Source: Octopus sinensis
Lineage: Eukaryota
DNA length: 64,000 nucleotides
Direction: 5' to 3'
Assembly: GCF_006345805.1 (NCBI RefSeq)
Contig: NC_043016.1
Span: 28,892,001 to 28,956,000 of the forward strand
Part shown: positions 1 to 13,155 of the stretch, piece by piece
Layout of the letters: each line of letters begins with the position of its first letter
Position numbering within the stretch: the first letter of the stretch is position 1
Program-made: the position numbers and the translations under genes
Notes under the pieces: generated by a model
The model's database searches: none
What the model was told of the DNA's origin: nothing
What the model saw: only the letters and a program-made list of their open reading frames with translations

Positions 1-160
1 TCACTCATAATGAGATAATTGACAACAATTAATTGAAGGACTCAATCCTTGAAACATCAAGAATATTGGAATTACAGATTAGAGTGAAATCCTAAATGGA
101 GATTTATCCAAGAATCCTTTTACAGATATAAATCTCTTAATAATCCAAAGCTGATTATTA

Positions 161-585
161 TCATCATCATCATCATCATCGTTTAACGTCCGCTTTCCAT
201 GCTAGCATGGGTTGGACGGTTCAACTGGGGTCTGCACCAGGCCAGTCAGATCTGGCAGTGTTTCTACAGCTGGATGCCCTTCCTAACGCCAACCACTCCG
301 AGAGTGTAGTGGGTGATTTTATGTGCCACCGACAAAGGTGCCAGACGAGGCTGGCGAACGGTCACGCTCGGATGGTGTTTTTTATGTGCCACTGACACAG
401 GTGCCAGACGAGGCTGGCGAATGGCCACGATCGGATGGTGTTTGTTACGTGCCCACAGCACGGAGGCCAGTCAATGCAGTACTGGCTACGGCCACGTTCG
501 GATGGTTTTCTTATGTGCCACCGGCACTGGTACCACAAAGATACAAATTCCATTGATATTCATCTATTTTGATTTGGTTTGATTA
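161..585 (-). mobile_element. 5'-truncated RTE-LINE 3' UTR / RTE-tailed SINE
   Basis: (CAT)n tail on +, then gtttaacgtccgctttccatgctagc and GATGCCCTTCCTAACGCCAACCAC, the same 3' end as the RTE copies at 36539 and 49665. About 3 copies of the internal ~60-bp unit. Confidence 0.8.
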
Positions 586-1491
586 TGACCAAAAAAAAAA
601 AAAAATCCATTCTTATATTATTCTAAAGAAATAGAGCATAGCTGCAAGTGGGAAACATCAGGTCCCTAACCATCCCCATTCCCTTCTTTGCTTGAAACCC
701 TTTTACCATTTATAATTCTGAGCTAGTGCTAATTTTTCTCTTACTTTTAGACAAATCTAAACCGTTTGTTATTTCCCATTATATCATTTGTTTTCTTGTG
801 ATAAATTCTTCAGAGAAGAATTGTTAGACTATTCAAGGATATTTTCAGATTTATATAGATTGCCTCATTTGCCAACACCACCTCAACTATTTCTTAGAAT
901 TATTATTAATTCTGCTAAAATTTCAATTTGATTCTTACTGTTTCATTATAGTTCTGTGCTAAAACTTCACTGCAGGGTAATTATTGCCTGGGTAGATATT
1001 TGGTATCACATCTCTATAGATTTTGCACTGTATGTATATGTACTTGCAAGCATGCATGTAGGTGTACATATCTAAGTGTGTATGTATGAGTGTACATATG
1101 TACGTAAGTGTGTGTGTGTGTGTGTATGATCAAACAGATTCTAAAGGGACTGGACTGGTGTTGATCTGTGTTGGAAAGGTTTGTATTATTTAGTAAAATT
1201 AGTAAAAAGAAAACTTATAATGAAGAGCAGAAAATCCAACACTTCAGACAATCTTTCTTCAAGGAAAGCAAAAGAGTGTGAGAGAGTTAAAAGGAAAAAA
1301 AAAAAAAAAGGAATGGAAAGAGCTTAACGAACTAAGAAAAAGGTGTAGGAGAAGAAAGAAAAACATTAATCTTAACCAGGGGTGGGTAAACTTTTTAGTG
1401 CAACGGGCAAAAATTTCCAAAAGAAAAGGTCCATGGGTGGATCACGAGTTCTAACTCTTATTCCAATTCAATATTTAAGAGATGAGGAATT

Positions 1492-1727
1492 ATGTACATT
1501 ATTTACATTTGACGGATACTTGTCCTAATCTTGTTTGTTGTTAACACAACACTTTGGCTGATATAGCCTCCGGCCTTCACCAGGTGTCTTGGGGGAAATT
1601 TTGAACCTGAGTTCTCATTCCTAAAGTATTTTTCCATGTTATTATTATTATTATTATTATTATCATTATTCAGGTCATTGCCTGGAATTGAATTCAGAAT
1701 CTAGGGGTTAGTAGCCCGTGCTCTTAA
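1492..1727 (-). mobile_element. Inverted, head-truncated copy of the tRNA-headed element at 1755-2577
   Basis: Reverse complement matches 1775-1860 plus 2441-2577, including the internal (AAT)n and the AAGACACCTG..GAAGGC tail. Confidence 0.8.
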
Positions 1728-1754
1728 GCACAACGTTCACTCCATAATTGCCCA

Positions 1755-1826
1755 CGGGCATATGGCATAGTGGTTAAGAGTGCAGGCTACTAACCCCAAG
1801 ATTCCAAGTTTGATTCCAGGCAGTGA

Positions 1827-1861
<35 letters not shown>

Positions 1862-2401
1862 GTATAAACACCATCCTGAAGCTGTGACTGAGGGAGAAAA
1901 TATGTCAATTCCCTGGGACTTCCCTGTACATACCGACAAAACTATAAAAACTAATAAACCGGATATTATTATAAAAGATCAGATAAAAAAGGTGTGTTTA
2001 TTAATTGACATGAATACTCCTTGTGATCACAATATAGCTGCAAAAGAATTTGACAAGATCAGTAAATATAAAGACTTGCTAATAGAAATTGAAAAACTGT
2101 GGCATCTCAAGTACCAGTGATTGTAGGATCTCTAGGAATGATAAAAAAAGGTACTGAAACCTATTTGAAAATGACACAATCATGTTAACTGGAATGACTC
2201 ATGTACTGAGAAGGGCATTATCGCTGTGAAAACAACATCCATTCATGAGTTTATTTATTTATTAATTTATCTTAAATACATATTTTACCTTGTGAATTTG
2301 CATGTGTAATCTGGGAATGCATACAATGAGCTTCTCTGCCCTAGGTGTACTGAAAACACTCGGAGAGAAATGGACGAAAATTTGAAGAAAGAAGGAAAAT
2401 G

Positions 2402-2443
<42 letters not shown>

Positions 2444-2577
2444 TTGAAAAATACCTTAGGAATGAGAACCCAGGTTCAAAATTTCCGAAGACACCTGATG
2501 AAGGCTGAAGGGTATATCAGCTGAAATGTTGTGTTAACAACAAACAAGATGGGGACAAATATCTGTCAAATGTAAAT
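1755..2577 (+). mobile_element. tRNA-headed SINE-like element with Penelope-like tail, split by an R4/Dong insertion
   Basis: Head TGGCATAGTGG (A-box-like) and AGTTTGATTCC (B-box-like), internal (AAT)n, and tail with CTGATGA...GAAA at 2495-2526. Confidence 0.7.
1861..2401 (+). mobile_element. 5'-truncated R4/Dong-clade RLE non-LTR retrotransposon
   Basis: ORF 1884-2120 (PWDFPVHTDKTIKTNKPDIIIKD...LIDMNTPCDHNIAAKEFDKISKYKDL) is a PD-(D/E)xK restriction-like endonuclease C-terminus. Flanked on both sides by (AAT)n. Confidence 0.82.
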
Positions 2578-2959
2578 AAATAATGTTCTAACTGTATAAA
2601 TCTTGTATATATGTATGTATAATTCGATATACATTAATAACGTTAAGTTTAACACATTAAATTAACACTGCCACTGAATTTAGGATGTTTATATTATATT
2701 CTATATTTTTCAGTTAGTGTAGCTGGGTCTCAAGGGGGTGGTACAAAGCTAGCAATATGTATTTTATAGTGAAAACAAAATTTCCAATCAAATGGCAATT
2801 ACCGGACGATTTTCTGTTCAAGTCTGTTTTAAGTCATAATGGAAATGTGACCTGTGTTGCAAAGGGGCATACGTATATTGTACAAATTTTATAATTGAAA
2901 AATTTACTATATTTTGTACATATGAGTATGCCAGCATGCAGGCACAATAGAATGGGCTT

Positions 2960-4010
2960 GCAGGTGCAATTGCACCTGTGGACAGGGGTTTCCCCCAGCC
3001 CTGATCTAAACCCATTGGTGATGTGGTGCCAAGTTCAAATATGAAATGCTGTTCCCTCCATTTCCTTGAGAATGTGGATTCATAGTGTGCAGCAAAGTCA
3101 TGCACTTTGAGTGATGAAATGGCCCATAGTGTTGAAGTGAGTAGCAACAGTTTGGCCTGGCACACATAGTTGTATGCTTCTAACATGCTCCCCAAAATAA
3201 TCATGATGTTGGGCCTTTTTTTCCTGATGTAAAAAGCACTGTAAAGTTTGCAAATGATACAATATATAAAATTGGGTGATGTGCAACAAATATTCTGAGT
3301 CATAAGATATTATGACAGACCCATTGATGGTCGTAGTGTTATTATATTTTGTTATCATAATTCTGTTGAGATGCTTTTTGTTTCTTTCAATTAATTTGAA
3401 ATATAACAAATAATTTAGTAAAATAACTTAGTTATCATTAAGCTAGTATTAGGAACATAGATTGTGACGGATTTAATTCAGAACTTTTGAAAACAAGACA
3501 TTTGTACTACAGAGCCAGAGGTGGTTTCAGGCAGGTTAATATAGGGTCTGATGTAACACTTTAGCACAATTAAGCCTTTATCATTTAGTTTACTCTGCCA
3601 TATAGTTTACTCACATTATATGACTGTTTATTTTTAAAATGATGTTGTAGGATAGGTGTGAGAAGTTGGATCTGGCCAGTTTGAATATAAAGCAGATAGA
3701 ATATTTGGACCAGATATGGCTGGTTTAAATGTGAAAGTGCTTAGTTGTGTGTGGCTGGGTACTGTGGAGTTTTCTCACTAGGAGGTTTCCAAGATACCTT
3801 TTTTTTTGCGAGGTGAGGAGTGATGGTGCAGAAAGTTGAAGATGAATTTATCTTTCAGTAGGAGTCTGAATGGCTGAAAGGTGAGAAAGAGTGGAGCAAA
3901 GTCTATTGGCATGTGTAAAAAGAGTAGGGAAGCTGTGGCACAGTTACTGGCCTGGTCCCAGTGGATTACAACTGATCAAGAGTACCTTCAATTCAGGAAG
4001 AGTTGTCGTT
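2960..4010 (-). mobile_element. Penelope-like element relic (GIY-YIG endonuclease), interrupted by MITEs at about 3340-3745
   Basis: Across frameshifts: CTSPNFIYCIICKL..FYI..HDYFGEHVRSI..VATHFNTMGH..REQHFIFELGTTSPMGL. 3760-4010 is homologous to 19490-19800. Confidence 0.78.
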
Positions 4011-5370
4011 GTATGCATGTACATGTTCATACACATGCAAGCTCATGTCCATCTGTGTGTGTGTGTGTGTGTGTGAATATCTGATTATATTTTCTGTCAG
4101 TGTATATACATACATCCATTTATCTCTTCGCTCACAGTCTTGCAACTTACCTATCCATACATCATCTGCTATTTTTGTCTATTGTGTTACTATTATTAAA
4201 AGGTAGAGAGCTGGCAGAATTGTTTGTTAGCTGGATGAAATGCTTAGCGGGATTTCCCCCATTGCTATGTTCTGAGTTCAAATTCCACTGAGGTCTACTT
4301 TGCCTTTCATCCTTTTGGGTACAGTAAATGAGGTACTGGTGATATACTGGGGTCGATGTAATCAACTAGTCCTGTCCTCCCAAATTTCAGGCCTTGTGCC
4401 TTCAGTAGAAATGGTTATTATTATTATTATTGTTATTCTGCTGCTCTATACATTCTTGTACTACCATGCTCTCGCAACCTTCCCCTTAACTCATGGTGTA
4501 TCATTGAAGACTCCTTGGCTGGACACTACATTCACCCCTCAACCCTTCTCCATCTCTAGTCATCATCTATTCCCCCCCCACACTCTACATCTCATATTTA
4601 TCATTGACTCATTCCCCACTTCAACCCTTGTTCATCTTCAGCATATTTGTACTAGTCCCCATCTCTAGCCATCTCACACTCTCTCCATACACTCTTACAA
4701 ATTCTACAGACAGTTTCTCTCATTCTTCTTCCTCCTGGGCCCTGTCTTGTCCCCACCATCTTTACCTCTCTTTCCAGTTTCATCTCAGTTGCTCACACTT
4801 ACTCTTGTTGAATGCAAGCATCCGTGTATCTCCTCTACAGCAAGAAAGCTGTTTTGTCACCTAGCATAAAACTGCTTCCTTCTTCACTAAAGTCCCACTC
4901 ATTCAATAGAGATCTTACTCATGTGCGCTAGATGGCAACTTTACAAGTGCCAGTGACATGAAAAAAGCACCCAATAAACTCGGTAAAGTTGTTGGTATTA
5001 GGAAGAGAATTCAACCATAGAAACCATGCCAAAGTAGGTATTGGAGTGCAGCAGGGTCCTCTGATCTGTTGGATTCTGTCAAACTGTTTAACCCATATCA
5101 GCATGGAAAATGGTAATTAAAAATGATGATATGATGGTGATGCATATGCATGTACATATATGTTTGTGTCCGTCCGTCTATCCATCCATGTATGTATGTA
5201 TGTGTGTGTCCATCCATCCATCCATCTATCTATCTATCTATGTATCTATCTATCCATCCATCTATTTATCTTAGAGTAGCATATTTTAGATGAAGTATTG
5301 CATAACATGGCGTAAATGCATTTGTAGTTTTTGAAAAGCCAAAACAATTTCCTAAACAAAGTTGCATTGG

Positions 5371-5374
<4 letters not shown>

Positions 5375-5458
<84 letters not shown>
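5375..5458. repeat. (TG)n microsatellite, representative of many in the window
   Basis: Pure TG run. Others include (GATA)n 21450-21500, (GA)n 21597-21659, (TA)n 27077-27133 and (ATT)n 36130-36345. Confidence 0.95.
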
Positions 5459-5459
<1 letters not shown>

Positions 5460-6927
5460 TGTATTGCTGCATAAAGAAGTGCTAATCTGTAGATGTAATG
5501 GGAACCTGTCGAAGAGGAAGACGAGGAATGAAGAGATGAAAAATGATCTTCAGATGTTTAACTCTCACAGAGGAGGTAACAAAGAACCAAGATAATTGGC
5601 AATTTACTGTGCTCGAGAAGACACATCCTGCTGTGTAGAACGAAGGCCATAAAGGCTTGTCATTTATGTCCATACTCCTGCGCACAATCTGTTCCTCACA
5701 AACCTCCACCTTACAACCCATCATTCTAAAACTCCCCCATTTCCGTTCACCAGTGTTCACTACACTTTGTATTCCCCTCCTTGCCCTATCTCTCATTGCA
5801 CTTTTGCAAACTTATCTGCTCACATATCCCTGTGGAATCTCTTTCACATAGCATATCCTTCTAATATACCCCCTTCGTTTACCTGTGTCCACTCATTACA
5901 TTCCTCTCTCCCCTCCACCTCACACTCATTTTCACAGTCACTTGCACTTACCCACTCACTCACCTTATCCAATCCTTGGTTCCATCTCATTTATACACAT
6001 CTTGTAACTTGAATGACTCCCCACTCCCCCCCATAACATCTTCACCAACTTCTTTCTCCCTCCTCCCTTTTCTTTCTTTCTCTCAACTGAGGTATCTCCT
6101 CTACTACAAGACGCTTATTTCTGTCCCTCTGTTCATACTTTAATCTCTTCTTCTCATCAGCTGGCACAAACTCCCTCTCTCAATACTACTCTCCCAGTGC
6201 CTCAGTCAAGGGTTCTTGTCATGCATGTTACTTAGTTATGTCATGTTACTTAGTTATGCATGTTACTTAGTTATGTCATGCATGTTACTTTGACATTCTG
6301 TCAAAAAAAATGCCAAAGCAGACAGGAGAACTTGGGGTTATCAAGGATATCATAAGAGATCCAACATAACTGTGTTGTCCAAGAATATGTATATATAATA
6401 TAAATATAATATGATATAATATATTTGATATATATATATCATCATCATTTAACATCAGCTCTCCATGCTGGCATTGGTTGGATGGCCTGACAAAAGCTAG
6501 TAAAGCCACATCATGTTCCATAGTCTGTTTTTGGCATGGTTTCTACAGCTTAGTTCCCTTCCTATCACAAACCACTTTACAGAGTGTACTGGGTGCTTTT
6601 TATATGGTACCATCACAAGTGCTTTTTACATGGCATCAGTACCAGTCTTTCTATGTGGCAACTTGGCTTTAGGATATCAATTCTGTTGTAGTGAGTGGTT
6701 CTTCTTGAGTACAGCAATGCTCCACGTATATGTGTGTGTGTGTGCGCATGTGCATGTATATATGCATGCACACACACACACGCACACATGTATATATGCA
6801 AGGAATCATTTGTTTGTTGAATATCTTAATCTTTGTTCACTGTGCTTAAACTTTGTTAATGTCTAAACCTCTTCTCTGTTAAGAAATTCGAAATTACTAA
6901 TCTGAAGCATCACTTTGATTTTCACAG

Positions 6928-7076
6928 AAAAACTCGTAACTTAAGTGAGAAGAAGAGAAGAGATCAGTTCAACATGCTGATCAACGAGCTGTGTTCGATG
7001 GTTTCGACCAACAACAGGAAAATGGACAAATCGACAGTCTTAAAATCAACAATAGCTTTCCTCAGAAATTATCAAG
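6928..7076 (+). CDS. Clock: Clock coding exon, bHLH domain (first coding exon visible; an upstream exon is required)
   Basis: ttcacAG acceptor and AAG|GTATAA donor. Translates [49 protein letters not shown], matching the CLOCK/NPAS2 bHLH ([18 protein letters not shown]). 149 nt, phase 2 in, phase 1 out. Confidence 0.96.
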
Positions 7077-7725
7077 GTATAAACTTTTCTTTCAGCTTAT
7101 GTATTAAGTAATTTCATATTTTGTGATATTGTGATCAATATTTTATAACCATCAGGAATTGTTACCATTAGTTTCTTGTGTTGTTAAGTCACATTTAGGG
7201 CAGCAGGCTGGTAGAATCGTTACTGAGCTAGACAAAATGCTTTGTAGCTTTTTTTTTCTGACTCTTTACATTCTGAGTTCAAATGTTACCAAGGTTGACT
7301 TTGATTTTGTCCTTTCAGGATTGAGACAAGTAGCAGTTGTTCCCCGGGGTCAATGTAATCAACTTCTCCTTCCTTCAAAATTGCTGGCCTTATGCTGACC
7401 TAGGGCTAAACAGCCAACAATGTAAAGGATCGAGGTACAGGTGTAGCTGGTGGAGGCATGCGACTTATTGGTTAAGGTGTTGGACTTATGATTATAGGAT
7501 TGCGGTTTCGATTCCTGGACCAGGCAACACATTGTGTTCTTGAGCAAAATACTTCATTTCATGTTGCTCCAGTCTACTCAACTGGCAAAAATGAGTAATT
7601 CTGTGACAGACTGGCATCCCGTCCAGGTGGGGGAATTCGTATGCCATGGAAACTGGGAAACGCGCCCTAATGAGTCAGCATGACTCGAGAAGCTAACTTT
7701 ACAGGTGTAGCTGTCTGGTAAGAAG

Positions 7726-7963
7726 GTGGCAGCAAGCTGGCAGAAACGTTAGCACGTCGGGCAAAATGCTTAGCGGTATTTCGTCTGCTGTTACGTTCTG
7801 AGTTCAAATTCCACTGAAGTCAACTTTGCCTTTCATCCTTTCAGGGTCGATAAATTAAGTACCAGTTATGCACTGTGGTTGATGTAATCGACTTAACCCC
7901 TTTGTCTGTCCTTGTTTGTCCCCTCTATATTTAGTCCCTTGTGGGCAATAAAGAAATAAGAAG
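7726..7963 (+). mobile_element. SINE family B (gagctggcagaa head) nested in the head of a family-A SINE
   Basis: gctggcagaaacgttagcac...gagttcaaattcc...aaagaaataagaag, flanked by TAAGAAG (7719-7725 and 7957-7963). Host SINE continues to about 8290. Confidence 0.8.
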
Positions 7964-8485
7964 TGTACTTCTCAACCACATGGCTCCAGGCTCAGTCACA
8001 CTGTGTGGCACCTTGGGAAAGTGTCTTCTGCTATAGCTCCAACTCAACCCAAAGCCTTGTGAGCTGATCTGGTAGATGGAAATTGAAAAAGCCCATTGTA
8101 TTCGTGTGTGTGTGTGTGTGTGTGTGTACGCGCGTGTTTCCCCATCCCAGCACCACAGCCGGTGCTGGTTTGTTACATCCATGTAACTTAGTAGTTTAAC
8201 TAGAGGGACCTATAGAATAAGTACTAGGGTCAATTTGTTTGATTAAACCCTTCAAGGCAGTACCCCCAACATGTCTGCAGCCTGATGACTGAAACAAGTT
8301 AAAGATAAAAAAATACACCCTTTTCTTATTTTAGTTGGGGTGATCATCTGATGAATCCCTTTAATAGATTTTCTCTATATTTTATAAAATATTGGAAGTG
8401 TTGATTTCTTAGCATTTTTTTTGTTTTGTTCTAGTATAGTATTAAAAAAAATGATTTCATTTTTTTTTTTCTGTTTCTCCACCAG

Positions 8486-8577
8486 AGCTTGCTATGCAGT
8501 CTCAGGCTCATGAAATTAAAGAAGATTGGAAACCGTCCTTCTTATCAAATGATGAATTCACTCAGCTGATGTTAGAG
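8486..8577 (+). CDS. Clock: Clock coding exon, bHLH-PAS linker and start of PAS-A
   Basis: Polypyrimidine tract plus ccAG; GAG|GTAAGT donor. (E)[30 protein letters not shown] matches the CLOCK [18 protein letters not shown] motif. 92 nt, phase 1 to 0. Confidence 0.96.
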
Positions 8578-9951
8578 GTAAGTACAGAGTACTCTTATTT
8601 ATTGTCTTTTAATTATGCTACCACCACCTTTCCCAATACGCTACTTCTACTTCTACTGCTGCTGAAGTTGTAGTAATAGGTTGTTGAGTGTTCAAGTTAG
8701 TAGAGCACTTGGTCTGAAAGAGTATTGCAGTATTTAGATGAGGGGTGGGGGTTATGATTTAACCAACAGTGCTTCAGTAACATAAACAAACATTCTTCCC
8801 TACCCACAAAAGGTATTTTCAAACACAAAAAAAATAGTTGATATATTCTTTCTTGGTTAAAAATGGTGGATCCAGAGACAAAGTGGCTGTTTATTTCTTC
8901 TCATCTCCATGCGTTCCTCAGTTATTCACTGTATTCTAATTCTTCCTAAGTTTTTAGAAGTTTTTTGGTTGGAAGACTTTTGGTCTTCTGAAGTGGAGAA
9001 TCCTTAGGTTTTAGTTTTGACTCCTGTGCTTCTCAGCTAATGTTGTTGTTGTTTTTTTTATCATATTTGTTTTCTTTTTTTAAATATTGGCCATCAACAT
9101 CATCATCGTTGTCATCATCATCATAATGTCCACTTTTCCATGCTTCCATGGGTCAGGTGGATTTTCTACAGCTGGATGCCCTTTCTGTCACCAACCCTCA
9201 CCTGTTTCCAAGAAAAGTAACATTCTTTCGTAACCAGACAGGTCTTGGAAGATTGGAAATGAAGGACACTGCTTGCATGATGATGACACTCACATACAAC
9301 TATCAATTGATGGAGATAGTAACACACATACATACACACACATGCACGTATACACATGCTCACCTACATACACTCTTAGCTCATAGTATTTAGTTCTTCC
9401 AGTGCTGTCAGCACAATGGGCAATGAGCCTTCTCTAAACATCCCAAAAGCATAGCTATCCTTTTAGTTCTACTCAGACCACAGCCCATCTCTATCATGTA
9501 ATCCTGGAACATACTGCACCACTTTGTCCCTGGTCTTTCATTCAGTTTTTTACCTCCTTTTGACGTCCACTCCATCACAATGGTAGCATATCCGCTGCTT
9601 AGTCACTATGTCCTGCAAACTTCCTATGACAGCTTTCCTCATCACCTCTTTATTTTCTTACTCTGTCACAGTAAGAGATGCCCAGGAATAGATATAGGCT
9701 GAGTCGATGGAACATGTTCAGCAATTGAGAGATATTCACTGCCCTCTTCCAGATTTCACAGATGTAGACGACACATATATAATATATATACATACATATG
9801 TGCACATGCCTGTATTAGGGCTTCTTTCAGTTTCTGTCTGCCAGATTCACTCACAAGGCATTGGTTGGCCCAGTGCTATAGTAGAGGACTCTTGCCTAAG
9901 GTACCACATATTAGAACTGAGCCTAAAACTATATGGTTAGGAAGCAAACTT

Positions 9952-10186
9952 CTTATTTCTTTATTGCCCAGAAGGGGCTAAACATAGAGGGGACAAACAA
10001 GGACAGACAAAGGTATTAAGTCGATTACATCGACCCCAGTGTGTAACTGGTACTTAATTTATCGACCCCAAAAGGATGAAAGGCAAAGTAGACCTCGACG
10101 GAATTTGAGCTCAGAACGTAACGGTAGACGAAATACCGCTAAGTATTTCACCCGGCGTGCTAACGTTTCTGCCAGTTCGCTGCCTT
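9952..10186 (-). mobile_element. SINE family B with a perfect 15-bp TSD, nested in a family-A SINE (about 9790-10222)
   Basis: TTAGGAAGCAAACTT at 9937-9951 and 10187-10201. Confidence 0.9.
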
Positions 10187-10744
10187 TTAGGAAGCAAACT
10201 TATTACCACACAGCCGCCACACCTGTACCTATATTAGGAATTTTCCTTTGTAGCACTTTAATACGACATTCAGTCACATCATTTTTAGCTTTTTTTTGTT
10301 TTTCTATATTTTGTTTTTTATTCACAATTTCTGTTGTCATTCCTTTCTTCTTCTCTCGGCTTTTGGTTATTCCAGCTTCTATTTCATCATCATCATCATC
10401 ACCATCATCATTTAATGTCTGTTTCTTATGCTGGCATGAGTTGGGTGGCTTGACAGAAGCTGGCCAGCCATAGAGTTGCACCAGTTACCAGTTGACTGTT
10501 AAGGCATGGTTCCTATGGCTGGATGCCCTTCCTAATGCCAATCACTTTACAGAGTGTACTGGGTGCTTTTTACATGGCACCAGCATCAGTGCTTCTAATG
10601 TACTACTGGCACAGGTGCTTTTTATGTGGCACTGGCAAGGGTGCCTTATACATGGCACCAGCTTGGGTGTTTTTTGTTCTAAAGAAATAGTTTTGTCTAT
10701 ATTTTTCATAGATATTTGCATTACTTTTCTGTTATTCTTTACTA

Positions 10745-11124
10745 GGCGCTAGAGTGGCTGTGTGGTAAGTAGCTTCCTTACGAACCACATGGGTCCGGGT
10801 TCAGTCCCACTGCATGGCACCTTGGGCAAGTGTCTTCTACTATAGCTTTGGGCCGACCAAAGCCTTGTGAGTGGATATGGTAGACAGAAACTGAAACAAG
10901 CCCGTCGTATGTATGTGTATGTGTCTGTGTGTCTGTGTTTGTCCCCCAACATCGCTCAACTACCGATGCCGGTGTGTTTACGTTTACGTAACTTACCAGT
11001 TCGGCAAAAGAGACCCATAGAAATAGTACTAGGCTTACAAAGAATAAGTCCTGGAGTCGATTCCTTCGACTAAAGGTGGTACTCCAGCATGGCCACAGTC
11101 AAATGACTGAAACAAGTAAAAGAG
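10745..11124 (+). mobile_element. SINE family A (tRNA-like head, central microsatellite, AAAAGAGT-type tail), full length
   Basis: ggcgc..gagtggctgtgtggtaag (A-box-like), gggttcagtccc (B-box-like), ccttgggcaagtgtctt core, tail gactgaaacaagtaaaagag. Repeated many times in the window. Confidence 0.85.
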
Positions 11125-12787
11125 ATATTTTTTGTAGTCCTATTGTGGCTATTTTATAGCAGTTTTCTAGTTGCATAAAGCTTCAACATCCTAATGCTGT
11201 ATTCATAGGAAATATTATCTTTCTGTCACATTTTCAGTGGTATATTCTAAATTCAGTCATAAATTTTCTTGCTAATTCTTTTAATGTCCTGTTGAGACTT
11301 ATCACAACTATAAATTATTGATGGAACAGCATCAGTGTTAATGTCCATTCTGTTATATTTTACATTAAGCTCTTTTTATTATTAATCTAATGTGACTATA
11401 ATGTTCCTTTTCAACTTTTTCTTCCTTTGTATGGTTTTGCACTTTGTCTGCACTATTCATTTATTCCTAAGTAAAGTAAGTCAGTCTAATCCTCTTATCT
11501 TATTTCCTTTATCCAGCATGATTTTAGAGTTCTTATAAGTTTTCTTCTTGGCACGTTTTCTATGGCACATTCTTCTGATATCAATTCCTTTTGTAAACTA
11601 CTGTACAGTCTGAAGCAGTGTTTCTAGTTGTTTATCACCTTTAATGTACGTAGATACATTCATACCTCCATACGTACAAACATACTACTACTACTATCAC
11701 GCACTACCACCACTACCACCAGCAACATCAGCATATAATTAAAGCCCTTACTGATGCTAATAGAGAACAAAGATTGATAACATGACATTATGAGATTACA
11801 TTTCAGTTGAGGCTGCTTGAAGAAAGCAAGAAAATTGGTAATTGTTGAATTCTGTAGAGGATGAGGAAAACTGATGACATACTTAAGGGAGACACTCATC
11901 ATAATCATCATCATCATCATCATTATTATATAATGTCCATTGTCCATGATGGCATGGGTTGGACAGTTTCACCAGAGTTGGCAAGCTGGAGAGCTGCACC
12001 AGACTCCAGTCTGATTTGGCATGGTTTCCACAGCTGGATGCCCTTCCTAATGCCAACCACTTTACAGAGTGTGCTGGGTGCTTTTATGTGGCACTGTTCA
12101 TGCACTCTTTCATGGCATTGCACAAGTACTTTTACAAATATTATCTGGATAACCTATTATAAGGCAATTTCAGCCTTGGAAAAATGAAAACTCTCTATTA
12201 TTCTTGACTAGGCAGTTTAGTATAGAGTGGAGTATTGTCTGTTTATGATAAGTTCTATACTTACAGAAGTGCAGTTGGCTGAGCTTGTTCAAAGTGCATG
12301 CAGAGCATGCACTCATATGCACTCTTTCAGTGTTCAAGTATTACTCACTTATAGAGTTACATCAAATCGTTTATGTGTGGACTACAGATCTAGCTATTTA
12401 ACTGAGTCCATTGTGGGAATTGCCTCACTGTCCTCTTCTGGCTAGGAAAGGCAGGTCATTTTTTTATCTCTACCTAGAAGACATGGTGAAAAGAATTGTA
12501 TTGTAGACAAGATTGAAGAGACTAATGACAAACACTTTCTTCTTCAGCCAAACCTTGAATAATTTTACCAAAACTCCACTTGATGTGGAAGGGTTGTCTT
12601 TTGAATTTACTGAGTGGGAGGATAAGGATTGCCTGGGTGGGTCTTTATGTGCATGTTAGTCAGAGACTCAGGTGAGGCATGATGCTTGCCCTTGATCATC
12701 AGAATAATCAAGGATCATCCCATTTCAATCCTTTTGTATATTTTTGTTTCCTGCATGTTTTTTTAAAAATTTATTTATTCAATTTAA

Positions 12788-13010
12788 TCTTTTAGCATTC
12801 AGATTATTCTATCAAATGTAAAGCTTATTTATTCACATTGTTTTCAATTAATCATGCAGTATCTTGTTGCTCTGAAATTTCCATGATGTGATTGTTTATT
12901 TTTCTTTAAATGACATCATAGGATAAGTGTGAGAGGCCAGATTTAACTAATTTGAACGTAAAACAACTAGAATATTTGGGTCAAATACAGCTGACTTGAA
13001 TGCTAAATGG
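12788..13010. mobile_element. piggyBac-type MITE (TTAA TSD)
   Basis: TTAA|tcttttagcattca...tgaatgctaaatgg|TTAA. Related copies at 59964-60178 and about 3575-3745. Confidence 0.7.
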
Positions 13011-13155
13011 TTAAACTTGCATCATTTTTATAATTAACCCTTATAATGTCCTCTCATCTGTTGTCATTTAGGTATATAAATTAGAAACCAATATTATTGT
13101 TATTTATTTACTTTTTCGTTTTTCACTCATATTTGATATTGATTTCTCTTTACAG

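Noticed and set aside
1-6927. Clock start-codon exon or promoter
   Set aside because: No candidate with a convincing ATG, phase-2 donor and CLOCK-like N-terminus; it is probably upstream of the window or too short to recognise.
10745-10830. tRNA genes
   Set aside because: The A/B-box-like motifs are SINE heads followed by SINE bodies; I could not fold a complete cloverleaf.
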